Shown here: in pieces, positions 23,397 through 33,389 of the stretch
Numbering within the stretch: position 1 is the first letter of the stretch
Layout of the letters: each line of letters starts with the position of its first letter
Assembly: GCA_907165135.1 (NCBI GenBank)
Contig: OU015566.1
Coordinates: 3,782,001 to 3,846,000, forward strand
Direction: 5' to 3'
Source: Oikopleura dioica
Taxonomy: Eukaryota > Animalia > Chordata
DNA: 64,000 nt
Program-made: the position numbers and the translations under genes
The notes under the pieces: generated by a model
Database searches by the model: none
Seen by the model: only the letters and a program-made list of their open reading frames with translations
Told to the model about the DNA's origin: nothing

Positions 23397-23488
23397 ATGT
23401 TGTCAACTACTAACTACCCGTAAAAAATGATTAATAAACGGATTTGCTGCAAGATATTTTTTTTATTATTGCATCGGAAAAGAAAGAA

Positions 23489-24333
23489 TTAAAAGAAATT
23501 TTGCGGAAGTAGGAGCAGAAATGAGGCTTTGTTCATCAGACAAAGTTCGCAGTCTTCATCATTTGCTTGTTTCCAAGTTTAAAATATCCAAATTAATTGC
23601 GGTTTTCAAAATGAGGAATATTTTTTAAACTTGCATAAAGATTGCCAACGCCTCGTTTTTTCTTCGTCAGGACTTGGCGGGCCAGTTCTTTTCGAATTTG
23701 ATCGTACCACATCCATGTTGATAAGAAGCCAGCGTCAGCTTGAAATTTCGGTAGATTAATTTATTCAACTGATACTTACAATTTGGTGCTTTTTGCATGC
23801 CAAAAGATTCTGTCATCAAATTGCTCAAGCATTCTGAAAATGATATTAAAAAATATGCAATATTCAAGCGCTTCTAGGGTTACTAGTAAAAAGTCCACTA
23901 CTATTCTGAATAGTCTCTTCACTCGACAGGCCGTGGACACCCTAAAAGACTGTGCTCGGCAACCTGTGGAGAAAACCTGAGTCAGGGTCTCGAATAGCTG
24001 AGATGAAAAGCCGCGCAGCGGTTTTTTTAAAAACGAAGCCGCAAAGCGGCTTCGCGAATACTACCTATGGTACCTTACAATCTAGAAAAATTTCTAGCGA
24101 ATTCTAGCTGCGCGGATTTTCATATCAGCTCTTTCCAACCCTGACTCAGGTTTTCTACACAGGTTGCCGAGCCCATCTTAAGGAGGTGAAGCACCCCCTG
24201 AAAAATGATGAGAAAATGCCTTCAATGTCTCTAGGTCACCTAAGTCATCGCAATTATCAATTGCCTCTCTCGTAATTTTCGCATCAGCAAATCCCGTCAT
24301 CGAAGCAATAAAGACCACCCATATCGTTTTCAT
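23489..24333 (-). CDS. Small secreted precursor with KKKR basic site (prohormone-like)
   Basis: Signal peptide MKTIWVVFIASMTGFADA. Exons 24333-24240, 23833-23780 and 23738-23632 are joined by phase-matched GT-AG introns. The C-terminus is either unspliced (stop at 23593) or a further exon to 23489. Confidence 0.65.
23954..24172. mobile_element. MITE family 1 (CCTGAGTCAGG-bearing TIR), intronic copy
   Basis: 35-bp TIR GCTCGGCAACCTGTGGAGAAAACCTGAGTCAGGGT, 1 mismatch between ends; internal GCCGC-NNN-GCGGC hairpins. Confidence 0.85.
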
Positions 24334-24745
24334 ATCTTTTCCGATTCGATTCTCAACTTTCCTTGTTCTTCTCCTTTCAGAAAAAGTATTTAAATCTTAA
24401 GGTTATTAATAATTATTCGAATTCGTCTCCGCAAGTGGGGTTACTTCGGTAACCGCATATCTTTCAGGACTGATTTTGCATCGTTAATTTTATGCGAATG
24501 CTATTGGAATGGCAAATGAGCGCGGTTGACAGATAGAGTGCAATTAAAACCGTAACGATTTATTATTAAAAACGCTGCAAAATGGGCTCCCTCGAGGAAG
24601 GAAAAGAGCAACGGCTGCAAAATTGAGTTGTTGACACCCTTAAGAATAATTCTTTACGAAGCCTGCTTTGGGGAAAATAATCATTAGCGTGCTATTTTGA
24701 GTCGAATTGCGAATGATGTCAACAATAATATCTGTCCGATTCTGC

Positions 24746-25423
24746 TTAGTTTTGAATAAAAACAGAGAGAGACGAAATTATGGAAAGATTATTTTGTTGT
24801 TTATTGTTGCTGACTTGAGAACTCGTGTACAGAACGTGAAAGTAAATTATCATTTCTTTGGGGACAGAGCTGTCAAATTTCAGATTTTTTGAAGAAGGAT
24901 TTTTAATATCCCTGGGGGACTTGGTCGGAGACTTGTGGAGCCTGGTTGGAGATTTGTTCAATTTGAGTGGAGTTCTGGGGAACTTGGTTGTCGTCTTGGG
25001 GAGTTGATCGGAGACTTGGGGGACCTGGTCGGAAGTTTGTGGGAACTGGTTGGAGATCTGCTCGATTTGAGTGGAGTTTTGTGGAACTTGAGTGTCGTCC
25101 TGGGGGTATTGGTCAGAGACTTGTGGGACCTGGTCGGAGACTTGTGGGAGTTGGTTGGAGACCTGAGCAGTCTGGTTGGTTTCCTGAGCGACCTGGTCGG
25201 AGACCTGAGGAAGCTGGTCAGAGACTTGTGGGAGCTGGTTGGACACCTGGGCGTATTGGTCGGAAACCTGAGCGGTCTGGTTGGTTTCCTGAGCGACTTG
25301 GTCGGAGACCTGAGGAACCTGGTTCGTGACCTGGGGAACTTGGTCGGAGACTTGCTCGGTCTGGGTATCGTTGGTGGGGTAGGCGGAGACGACGGCGAAG
25401 GTGAAGACGGAGAAAAGCTTCAT
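24746..25423 (-). CDS. Secreted Gln-rich protein with 7-residue QVSDQVP repeats (3' end unresolved)
   Basis: Signal peptide MKLFSVFTFAVVSA followed by about 20 heptad repeats. An apparent 1-nt deletion in a C-run near 25000 shifts the frame in the middle of a repeat. Confidence 0.7.
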   Translation of the reverse strand: MKLFSVFTFAVVSAYPTNDTQTEQVSDQVPQVTNQVPQVSDQVAQETNQTAQVSDQYAQVSNQLPQVSDQLPQVSDQVAQETNQTAQVSNQLPQVSDQVPQVSDQYPQDDTQVPQNSTQIEQISNQFPQTSDQVPQVSDQLPKTTTKFPRTPLKLNKSPTRLHKSPTKSPRDIKNPSSKNLKFDSSVPKEMIIYFHVLYTSSQVSNNKQQNNLSIISSLSVFIQN

Positions 25424-26062
25424 GGTCTAAATAAGGCATGAGAAATAGCTATTAATTGAACAATTAAGGCTTCAAAAGAAGGTTTTTTTAATTGTAGATA
25501 ACTAGAGTGTCTGCTGTGAAAATTCTCGAGTTCTTGACAAAGAATAAACCTCTAGAGAGCTTTACGTTTCTTATCTTTTAAGCCTCTCTTATCGTGTTTG
25601 CCGTAAATGAGCGTTACTCTTTAGCTCTTAGGATATCTCTCGATTTCTCTTCTCTTCGTTTTCTTGATCCCTTACCTTATCGGTTTGTGAAGAAGACTTC
25701 TTTAGATTTGGTTGCTTGATTTATTTCAAGTGAAGATTTCTTATCGGAGTCGCGCTTAAATACTGTTTCCGAGAGCACCATTTCTGGCGGTGGTGGCGCG
25801 TGATAGGCGCATGCGCGCTATCAAGTGTGCCAATCGTCACTCGATGTTTTACGAAACTTTTGCAGTTTTTATGATGAGCAAGACGCAAGTACGCTTGTGC
25901 CAATCGCTGACGAGATGCTGAATTCACTCTCGTACAAGTCTTATTCACCTGTCCGCTTATCTCATTTCTCAGTCAAAAGCTGATGCTTCGTGGTCTTGTC
26001 TACCAGGCACTTTCTATCAGGAATTGCTGACGTATGCTGTTAGGCCAAGATATCTGTGTTGA

Positions 26063-26636
26063 AACCTGACTCAAGGCCCTGAAACAAGGCTGAAAGAGTT
26101 TTAATACAGTGAAAACTCAAAATTTGCCTACTCGAAATTTGGCCGGTTTTGATCGAAATTGGCTGAATTTTGAATCTCAAAAAGACTCAAAAATTGGCCG
26201 CTTTTTCAAAAATAAAAAAATTTGCATCAAAATAGACCCAAATTATGGTATTTCTGACCATTTTTAGCTATTTTGAAGCGTTTAAATCATCTAGAATAAC
26301 TTTATTTTGATAAAAATGACTTAGAACAAGCAAAAAAATTGAATAAAATTCATCAAAAACGTGAAAATCATGCCCATATTCGAAAATTTCGAAACTTTGC
26401 TTTTTTGAAGAGGAAGCTTGGCTACCCGGCAAAAAACTCAAAATTTGGCCGCTTTTTTCGGAAATTTGGATCTGAAAACCGGCCAATTTTTGAGTTTTCA
26501 CTGTATAAAGCCGCATAGTGGCTTTTTCAAAAACAAAGCCGCGTAGACTCTACGCCGTAGAGTGCTACCGTTGCTTTGCCGAAATATCAGCTTTTCAGCA
26601 CCCTGACTCAGGACTCTACACAGGTTCCTGAGTCCA
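26063..26636. mobile_element. Degenerate MITE family 1 copy split by a nested insertion
   Basis: AACCTGACTCAAGG at left; AAGCCGCATAGTGGCT and CCCTGACTCAGG...CACAGGTTCC at right. Confidence 0.55.
26107..26503. mobile_element. Tc1/mariner-type MITE with TA TSD
   Basis: TA|CAGTGAAAACTCAAAA ... TTTTGAGTTTTCACTG|TA; internal AAAACTCAAAATTTGGCCG subrepeats. Confidence 0.85.
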
Positions 26637-27333
26637 AAAGAGAGCACTTAGAGGTCAATCTGACCCAAATTGAGACAATATCAAGAAAGCTCAAAAATAC
26701 CCAAATAACAAAAATATTCATCGTGCGATTCTGCACCGTTCATTTTACAAGTTTTCCGTCCTTAGGACTTTCTGCGGTCAGTGTCACCAAGAACACGACC
26801 GCTAAAGCTAAACATTTTCATATTTACCAAAAACAGCAGCTTTGCAGCTTTTCACGATTTCGCCCGAACTTACCAATATTTAATATTTTTTGAAAATATA
26901 ATATTTTAATAAAATAATATTTTTGAAAAAAAAACAAATGAAAAATACTTCTTTGAAAGAATTGATGGAATAAGCTGAACAGAAGCGTACCAACAATAAA
27001 ACACGATGTAATACATCGAATTAAAATGACCTTGTTGCAGGAAGCAATTTTGACTAGAAGTCATTATTACTGACCGTCAACAAGAAAATGGAGTCGTCCA
27101 TCCAATTGCAAAACAAACCCTCATTGGTCCATCAACAATCTCCTTTTTGACAATTGATGCACAAATGCTTTGTTTCGTAATTCAATCCACGACTCTGTTT
27201 TCATGCTTTTTCGCGCAGCATCCCCAAAAATCAGTCAATCTCCTGAGCGGAGAAGAATCTTTCGGAATGATCAGATGTGGCTATAAAAAGGAATCTCCTT
27301 GTCTGTTTTTCGTATTCCAAAAAAAAGGGAGCA

Positions 27334-28023
27334 ATGGCTGAGCAAGAGTCGAAAGAGCTAGCTTTGAAAATGGAGAAACTCTTGGCCAACGCTGATACAA
27401 TCATAAGAATAATCGACACTCTGCTGGTGCTGAAAGCGAAGATGCGCGAAGAGAATGAGTTTCTCGTCAAATTGTTTGATGATGAACTGAAAGCCAAAAG
27501 GGAAAAAGAAGTTTTTGATACCGACAATCAAAAGAAGATAGAAGCCATCAAAGAACAACGAGATAAAGCTAAGGAATGGCTCGAGGGTTAACTACTTTTA
27601 GTAATGGGAATAGGGGAAAAGGTTGAGCCAAACAAAGAAACGATTGAACGACTACAACAAAACAATGGCAGAACTTTCCGATGAGTACTACTCATTGGAT
27701 CATCATTTACCAACCAAGGCCACAAGTTTCGAAGCTTCAGAGTCATCAGCGCCTCCCGCAAAGAAAACAGAGGACCTGGTGATCGTGATCGATGACGAAG
27801 AGGATGAATCCAACGAAGTTTGGGTTGTATTCGAATGATAGATAAAAAAAGTATGATTGATACCGTATCAGAAAAACAACCCAGAAAAGGCGCAAAAGCT
27901 ACAGAGTCTTCAGAGCCTCCCGCAAAGAAAACACCGGTGATCGTCATCGATGACACCGACGAAGATGACACTGACGAAAATGAGAACTCCTACGATGTAC
28001 TCGAATCGTTGACCGATCAATGA
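27334..28023 (+). CDS. Coiled-coil protein with tandem PPAKK-VIVIDD(E/D) repeats (NLS + SIM-like); exon joins uncertain
   Basis: MAEQESKELALKMEK... coiled coil, then APPAKKTEDLVIVIDDEEDE and EPPAKKTPVIVIDDTDEDD from a local tandem duplication. Confidence 0.5.
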
Positions 28024-28588
28024 TACCGTATCAAATCAGAAAAACAACCCAGAAAAGGCTCACCAGCCCCGAAAGTACCAGGACCAGATGGCAAATCAAT
28101 GATTGAAATCATACAACTATTGGGAAGTCGACTCTACTCTAAATTAAATCCCGTCCTTACAGTAACTGTTGAAAATTATTATGTACTGAAAAACTGAAAC
28201 ATTCATTGATACTGAGAAATAAATTGGAATAGACGGAACTATCAAATGTTCACCATCAATAGGAGCAAAATCATTTTTCTTGGGGCGAGTGAGCCCGAAT
28301 TCTCGAGCAAAGGAATTTCTTGAATGCACGAGCGAGCCAATCAGAGCGCGCGCTGATGTTAATTTCCCATTTTCGAGAATTTACGACTGAAGCTCAAAAG
28401 ACAAAAAAAGAGAAAAGAAAGCATATTTACTGGAAGATGGAATACTGTAGTAACAGGTTTTTTTTTATACTGATGCAGGACTCTTGTAACTTTTGACTGG
28501 GTTGAGATATTTAAGTTCTGTAACTTGCAGGATGTAGCTCAGAGGTTAGTTACGTGATTTGAATAGGTTTGGTGTAGATAGCTATTCT

Positions 28589-28665
28589 GGTGGTGGAGTA
28601 ATGACGTCATCAAAATGCATTATGAAAAGAGACCTCAAGATTGATGACGTCATATCTCCACCACC
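28589..28665. promoter_or_regulatory. Inverted repeat carrying two CRE palindromes upstream of RFC5
   Basis: GGTGGTGGAGTAATGACGTCATCAA / TTGATGACGTCATATCTCCACCACC; TGACGTCA at 28602 and 28645. Confidence 0.6.
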
Positions 28666-28839
28666 AATGGTGCAAATGACACCAAAAGCTTATTTAACAT
28701 ACTACAGACACTCTACATTACTCTCCAAAAGAGAGAAATGAAAAATGTTGAGTGGAAAGTATTCAAAAACGTTAAAAACCTGTTAGTGAAAAGACATGAT
28801 GTTAGTATTTTAATTATTCAGAGTGAGAAAGAGAGAAAA

Positions 28840-31043
28840 ATGAGCGCGAAGATTATCGGACTTCCGTGGGTGGAGAAATATCGACCCAACAAGCTGGATG
28901 ATTTGATTTCACACCAGGAAATTATTTCTACAATTCAGAAGTTCATCGGTGAGTTTTCTACCTTCGACATTTAAATGGGATACAGTATCTACTGTATAAA
29001 GAAGCTAGCACTTTTCATCCTAGGGTCGGACTTCCTTCCTTAATTTTTTGCTTACTAAGGGTCCTTTCCTTAGTAAGGTAAGGATTTTTTCCTTACCCTT
29101 TTTCGGATTTCGGCGGAAAAAAATCCTTACCATACTTCCTTTATTAGTTTTCAGAGATCCTTAGTAAGGATCTTCAATCCTTAGCGATTTTTCCTTAATT
29201 CCTTTCCTTACTAAGGATTTTTAAAAGGATTTTTTCGACGGCCTACGCATTTGGAGAACGCTTTTATCAAAAAACCTTTTCAAAAGCCTTAGTAAGGAAA
29301 GAAATTAAGGACGAGTTGTGAAGGAATTTAAGAAAAATGTCTCTTGCCAACTTACTGACTGCTATTTTCATCAATAAGAACATTTTTGCAAATCGTACCT
29401 TATCAATTCCTTACTAAGGTTACTAAGGCCTTAGTAAGGATGGCCCTTAGTCCTTCCTTAGGCATTTCCTGATTTTCATCAAAATCAAAACCCTTACCCT
29501 TAGTAACTAAGGAAACCTTAGTAAGGGGTCCGACCCTAGTTTTCATCTTCATTTCATCCTCTTTAAAGTCATTTTTCAGACAACCAGCAGCTTCCCCATC
29601 TTCTTTTCTACGGCCCTCCCGGCACGGGAAAGACAAGCACAATTCTAGCAGTGGCGAAGCAACTCTACGGCGTCAAGAATTTCAAGAAAATGGTTTTGGA
29701 ACTGAACGCGTCGGACGATCGAGGAATCGGAGTCGTCAGAAGCGAGATTTTGAACTTTGCCTCGACTGCTTCTCTTCACTGCAAAGGCTTCAAAGGTAAG
29801 ACTTATCGCGTTTCTACGGAAATTTAAAGTCACGTTTTCCAAAGCCGAAAGCAAGCGCGATTTTCTCGACAATAATCAAGTAACCCCGCGATTTTTTAAT
29901 CCAATGATATATATCAAACAAGGATTACGAGCCTCTATGTAGTGCTTGAGCTTATTTTTAGCAATTTTACTCATATTTGCGATTTTAGTGATTATTCTTG
30001 ATGAATGCGACGCAATGACCCGCGATGCTCAAGCTGCTCTTCGGCGAGTGATGGAAAAATACACGAAAAACGTTCGATTCTGGTAGAAAACTAATTTAAG
30101 TCCACTTTTGAACGCGTTTTTAGCTTGATTTGCAATTACTTGGGCAAGTTGATTCCGGCGATTCAAAGTCGCTGCACTCGATTTCGCTTTGCGCCGCTGA
30201 GCAAGGACCAGATGATGCCGAGAATCAACCACGTCGTAGAAGAAGAAGGAATCAACATTGACCAGTCCGGTATGGAACTGCTGCTCAAATTGGCGGAGGG
30301 AGATATGCGAAGGAAACGGTTTTATTTGACTCCTTTCTTCGGTTTGGGGTAAATTCAGGCGACAAGAACCTGTGACACGAACGTAGGCCCTGTGTAGAAA
30401 CCTGAGTCAGCGTTCTGAAAGGCCGTAAAGCTGCTCTTAACACTGACTCAGTTTTCAGGCAGATTGAGAAGCTGCTTGAGTCTCAGCCGGAGCAAAATAA
30501 GAGCGTTACTTTGCGCGGCTTTTTTGTAAAACTATGCGAAGCCGCAAGTCTCGAACCGTTCTGATAGAAGCTTGAATATCTTGCAAGCCTCGCATTTGGC
30601 GTTCAACAAAGTTACGGAAGATATCGTTTACAAAGTTACAGGCCGGCCGAATCGAAATGACATCCGAAAGCTGATGGAATGGCTCCTCAATCAGGACATC
30701 AAATATTGCATCGAAAATATTCAGGTTCTCTTTTGTAATAGAGCGTTTTCTTTCTAAATGGTTATTCAGGAATTGATGATCGAAAATGGACTGGCGCTGA
30801 ACGACGTCTTGACCGATCTTTACGAAGAAGTTTGCGAAGCAGACTTGCCAGAAATTCCCAAAGCTGAGCTTCTTTCGGTAAGACCATTCTATGAACAAGG
30901 AAAGGCACTGACTCTTCTATTTCAAGACGCTTGCTGACATCGAGTACCGATTGAACATCGGCGCGTCCGAGAAGATCCAGCTCGCGGTCATCGTCGCTGC
31001 GTTCTCCAAAGTCCGCAACACCGTCCCACGAATGGAAGAGTAA
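28840..31043 (+). CDS. RFC5: Replication factor C subunit 5
   Basis: [67 protein letters not shown]. Confidence 0.95.
29023..29536. mobile_element. MITE family 2 in RFC5 intron 1 (TA-flanked)
   Basis: TA|GGGTCGGAC...GTCCGACCC|TA with at least 7 internal CCTTA(G/C)TAAGG palindromes. Confidence 0.85.
30388..30548. mobile_element. Degenerate MITE family 1 copy in an RFC5 intron
   Basis: CCTGTGTAGAAACCTGAGTCAG, ACTGACTCAG and GCGCGGCTTTTTT...AAGCCGC motifs. Confidence 0.6.
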
Positions 31044-31174
31044 CTGTTAACAATCACAGACACTGATAAATCTCACTTAGGATAATTTTTGAATAACTTA
31101 CACTGCCCTCTTATCAACACATCATTTTCATCTCATTTTCAACTAGATTTGTCTAAAAATCCTAAGATGTTCAG

Positions 31175-32708
31175 ATGGAAAATATCGACAGATTGTTGGT
31201 AGAATCCTTTCTTGCTCAAGGAGACATTGCTGGGCTACTCAGATACAAAGAAAACCCCACTCCTCATCCCAGATCTGGCCATCGTCTCTGTAAGTGAACT
31301 TTGAGAAGTCTCGTTTTAATGGAAAAAATTTAGGCTTCATAAATGGATACTTGTGGCTGATTGGGGGCTACGTTCATTTTCTCCCGCTCTCGCGAGGCCC
31401 ACGAGTTCCAATGATGGAAATAGTCGACAAAGAAGTGTGGCGATTTGACCCGATGCTGTCAAACTGGAAGAAAATGGAAGTGGAAGGAGAGCCGCCGAAA
31501 ACAATGGCCTCTCATGCTCTCTGCTCTTCTGGTACGGTTACAGATCAGTTGATTGTACGTTAGAAAATGAGCAACATCTTTAACCGTTTCCTGGGTAAAT
31601 ACATCTTCGTCCATGGCGGCTCAAAACTGCCCTTTGGAACCACAATCCGCAAGAACCTGCATGTTTACGACACAGAGCTCAGTCGCTGGTCAAAACTCGA
31701 CGATCATCTTAACGAAGAAAACGACTTCATCCCCGAAGGCGTCTACGGCCACTCCTTAGTCATCGTCAAAGACTCGTTGTATATAATTGGCGGCACGGCG
31801 GGGCAACAGTTTTTCAACAGTGTTAATCGGTAAATGGACCTCTTTTACTCAACTCCTCATCATCATTTTCAGCTTCGATCTTGGGGAAAAGAAATGGGAG
31901 CGAGTTTTCGATCATATTGTAATTTTCAACGAAGAAGACGACGTTCCAAGCGGACGCTATCGACAAGAATGCGTGACTTACATGGAGAGATGGATCTTCA
32001 TGATCGGTGGCGGGACGAGCGCGGAGGTTTTTAGCTCAAGAAGAATATTTGTTTTTGACACGTTGGAGAAAAAATGGACACAGGTGAATATGCACGGTTT
32101 TCTCACTGATTATTGAGTGGAAGGCCAAACTGGCGCTTTTGATCTTATCAAAGCTTGCTTATTTATCTTGCTTACACCCGCAGTCAACCATTTTCCTAGT
32201 TGAAAGCGAATATATCAGAACCAGACGATCTCGAAATCCGCGAGTTCCAGCCTCCAGACGTTCGCTGCCACTCTTTGGCTATCGACGGCTCAACAATTTA
32301 CATGGTCGGCGGGTTTCTTTCTTCTTCACGAGAAGGAAGAGCAGCAGGAACGTCAAAATGCTCCGATGCTATTTGGAAGCTCGACATAAATCCAGGTTTA
32401 TTTTCTCCCAAAACGTCTAAATCTTAATCCTTTTAGAGCGACTGTCAGAAGAAAAATACAACCCGAAAATATTGACCCTCAACTGGATAAAAATCCAGCA
32501 AAACTTGCCACAGCCAATTTTCTTCCACGATTCCGTCTACGCCTTCGAGCATGGCGAGATCTTCGTCTTCGGCGGAAACAACAAAAACGGGAAACGAAAC
32601 AACGATCTCACTAGACTGCGCATTCAACCAGGTTCGTTGGAAACGCTTTCAAAAAAGGTCAAATACCGGCATTTCGGAGAGGAAAAGACCAAGTTTACCT
32701 GTTTGTAA
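31175..32708 (+). CDS. KLHDC10: Kelch domain-containing protein 10-like (3' end approximate)
   Basis: PRSGHRL, GGSKLPFG, GVYGHSLVIVKDSLYIIGGTAG, GRYRQE, GGGTS, RCHS, PIFFH and PGSLETL follow the KLHDC10 repeat order. Confidence 0.85.
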
Positions 32709-32980
32709 TATTTTTGCTACGAATAATAAAAAAACGTAAAACCAATGAAAATCGAGCGGTTGGTGGATAATTAATGAAATCATCGATTCGCTGTTTTGGC
32801 AGAAATTGCAGACTATGAATTTGTTTAAAAATAGTGCGACGCAAGTTATGTTGGTTAGCTCTTTGTATGATGCATTTTTTAATTGGTACTTTATTAATTC
32901 GTTTATACCATAGTTGCACGCTGTTTGGAGTGTGTTGGTATGTTTTCATAGATGATAATTAACGCTGCGTAACCTCTTTC

Positions 32981-33138
32981 TGCGCTGGGCAACCTAAGTA
33001 GAAAACAAGAGTAAGGTTCTGAAGAGTCTATATGACAAGCCACGTAGCGGCGTTTTCAAAATCGAAGCCGCAAAGCGGCTTCTCAAATAAACTCTCCAGA
33101 ACCTGACTCAGGTTTTCAACGCAGGGCGCCGAGCCCAG
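32981..33138. mobile_element. MITE family 1 copy
   Basis: GGGCAACCTAAGTAGAAAAC...GAAGCCGCAAAGCGGCTTC...AACCTGACTCAGGTTTTC...GCCGAGCCCAG. Confidence 0.75.
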
Positions 33139-33389
33139 ACCTCTTAATCGCCATTTAGACCAGAGTCTCAAGAGGTAAGAAACGAGAAAGAGAGAGTCAG
33201 ATGTAAAAGTCTATAATTTATTCCAGTCTAGTAGAACTTGTAGGAGTAAAGGCACCTGGAGGTAAAGAAAGAGCTGTTTTGTTCCACTCAAAGAGAAGCG
33301 GAAGAGATAAAAAGTCTAAATAAAGAAATCGTGAAAAAAGCTGGAATTGACAGTGGGGGAATGCGATGATTTTTTTGTTCTAAATTGTC

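Noticed and set aside
24935-25441. Leu/Val/Gly-rich + strand ORFs
   Set aside because: Antisense of the QVSDQVP repeats.
25721-26830. Possible secreted 4-Cys protein (signal-like exon near 26820 plus exon 25721-25948)
   Set aside because: Needs an assumed homopolymer correction and unverified splicing; too weak to list as a feature.
32695-32949. Minus-strand ORF with vague SOCS-box-like wording
   Set aside because: Overlaps the KLHDC10 3' region, lacks the diagnostic LxxLC motif and has no splice or start support.
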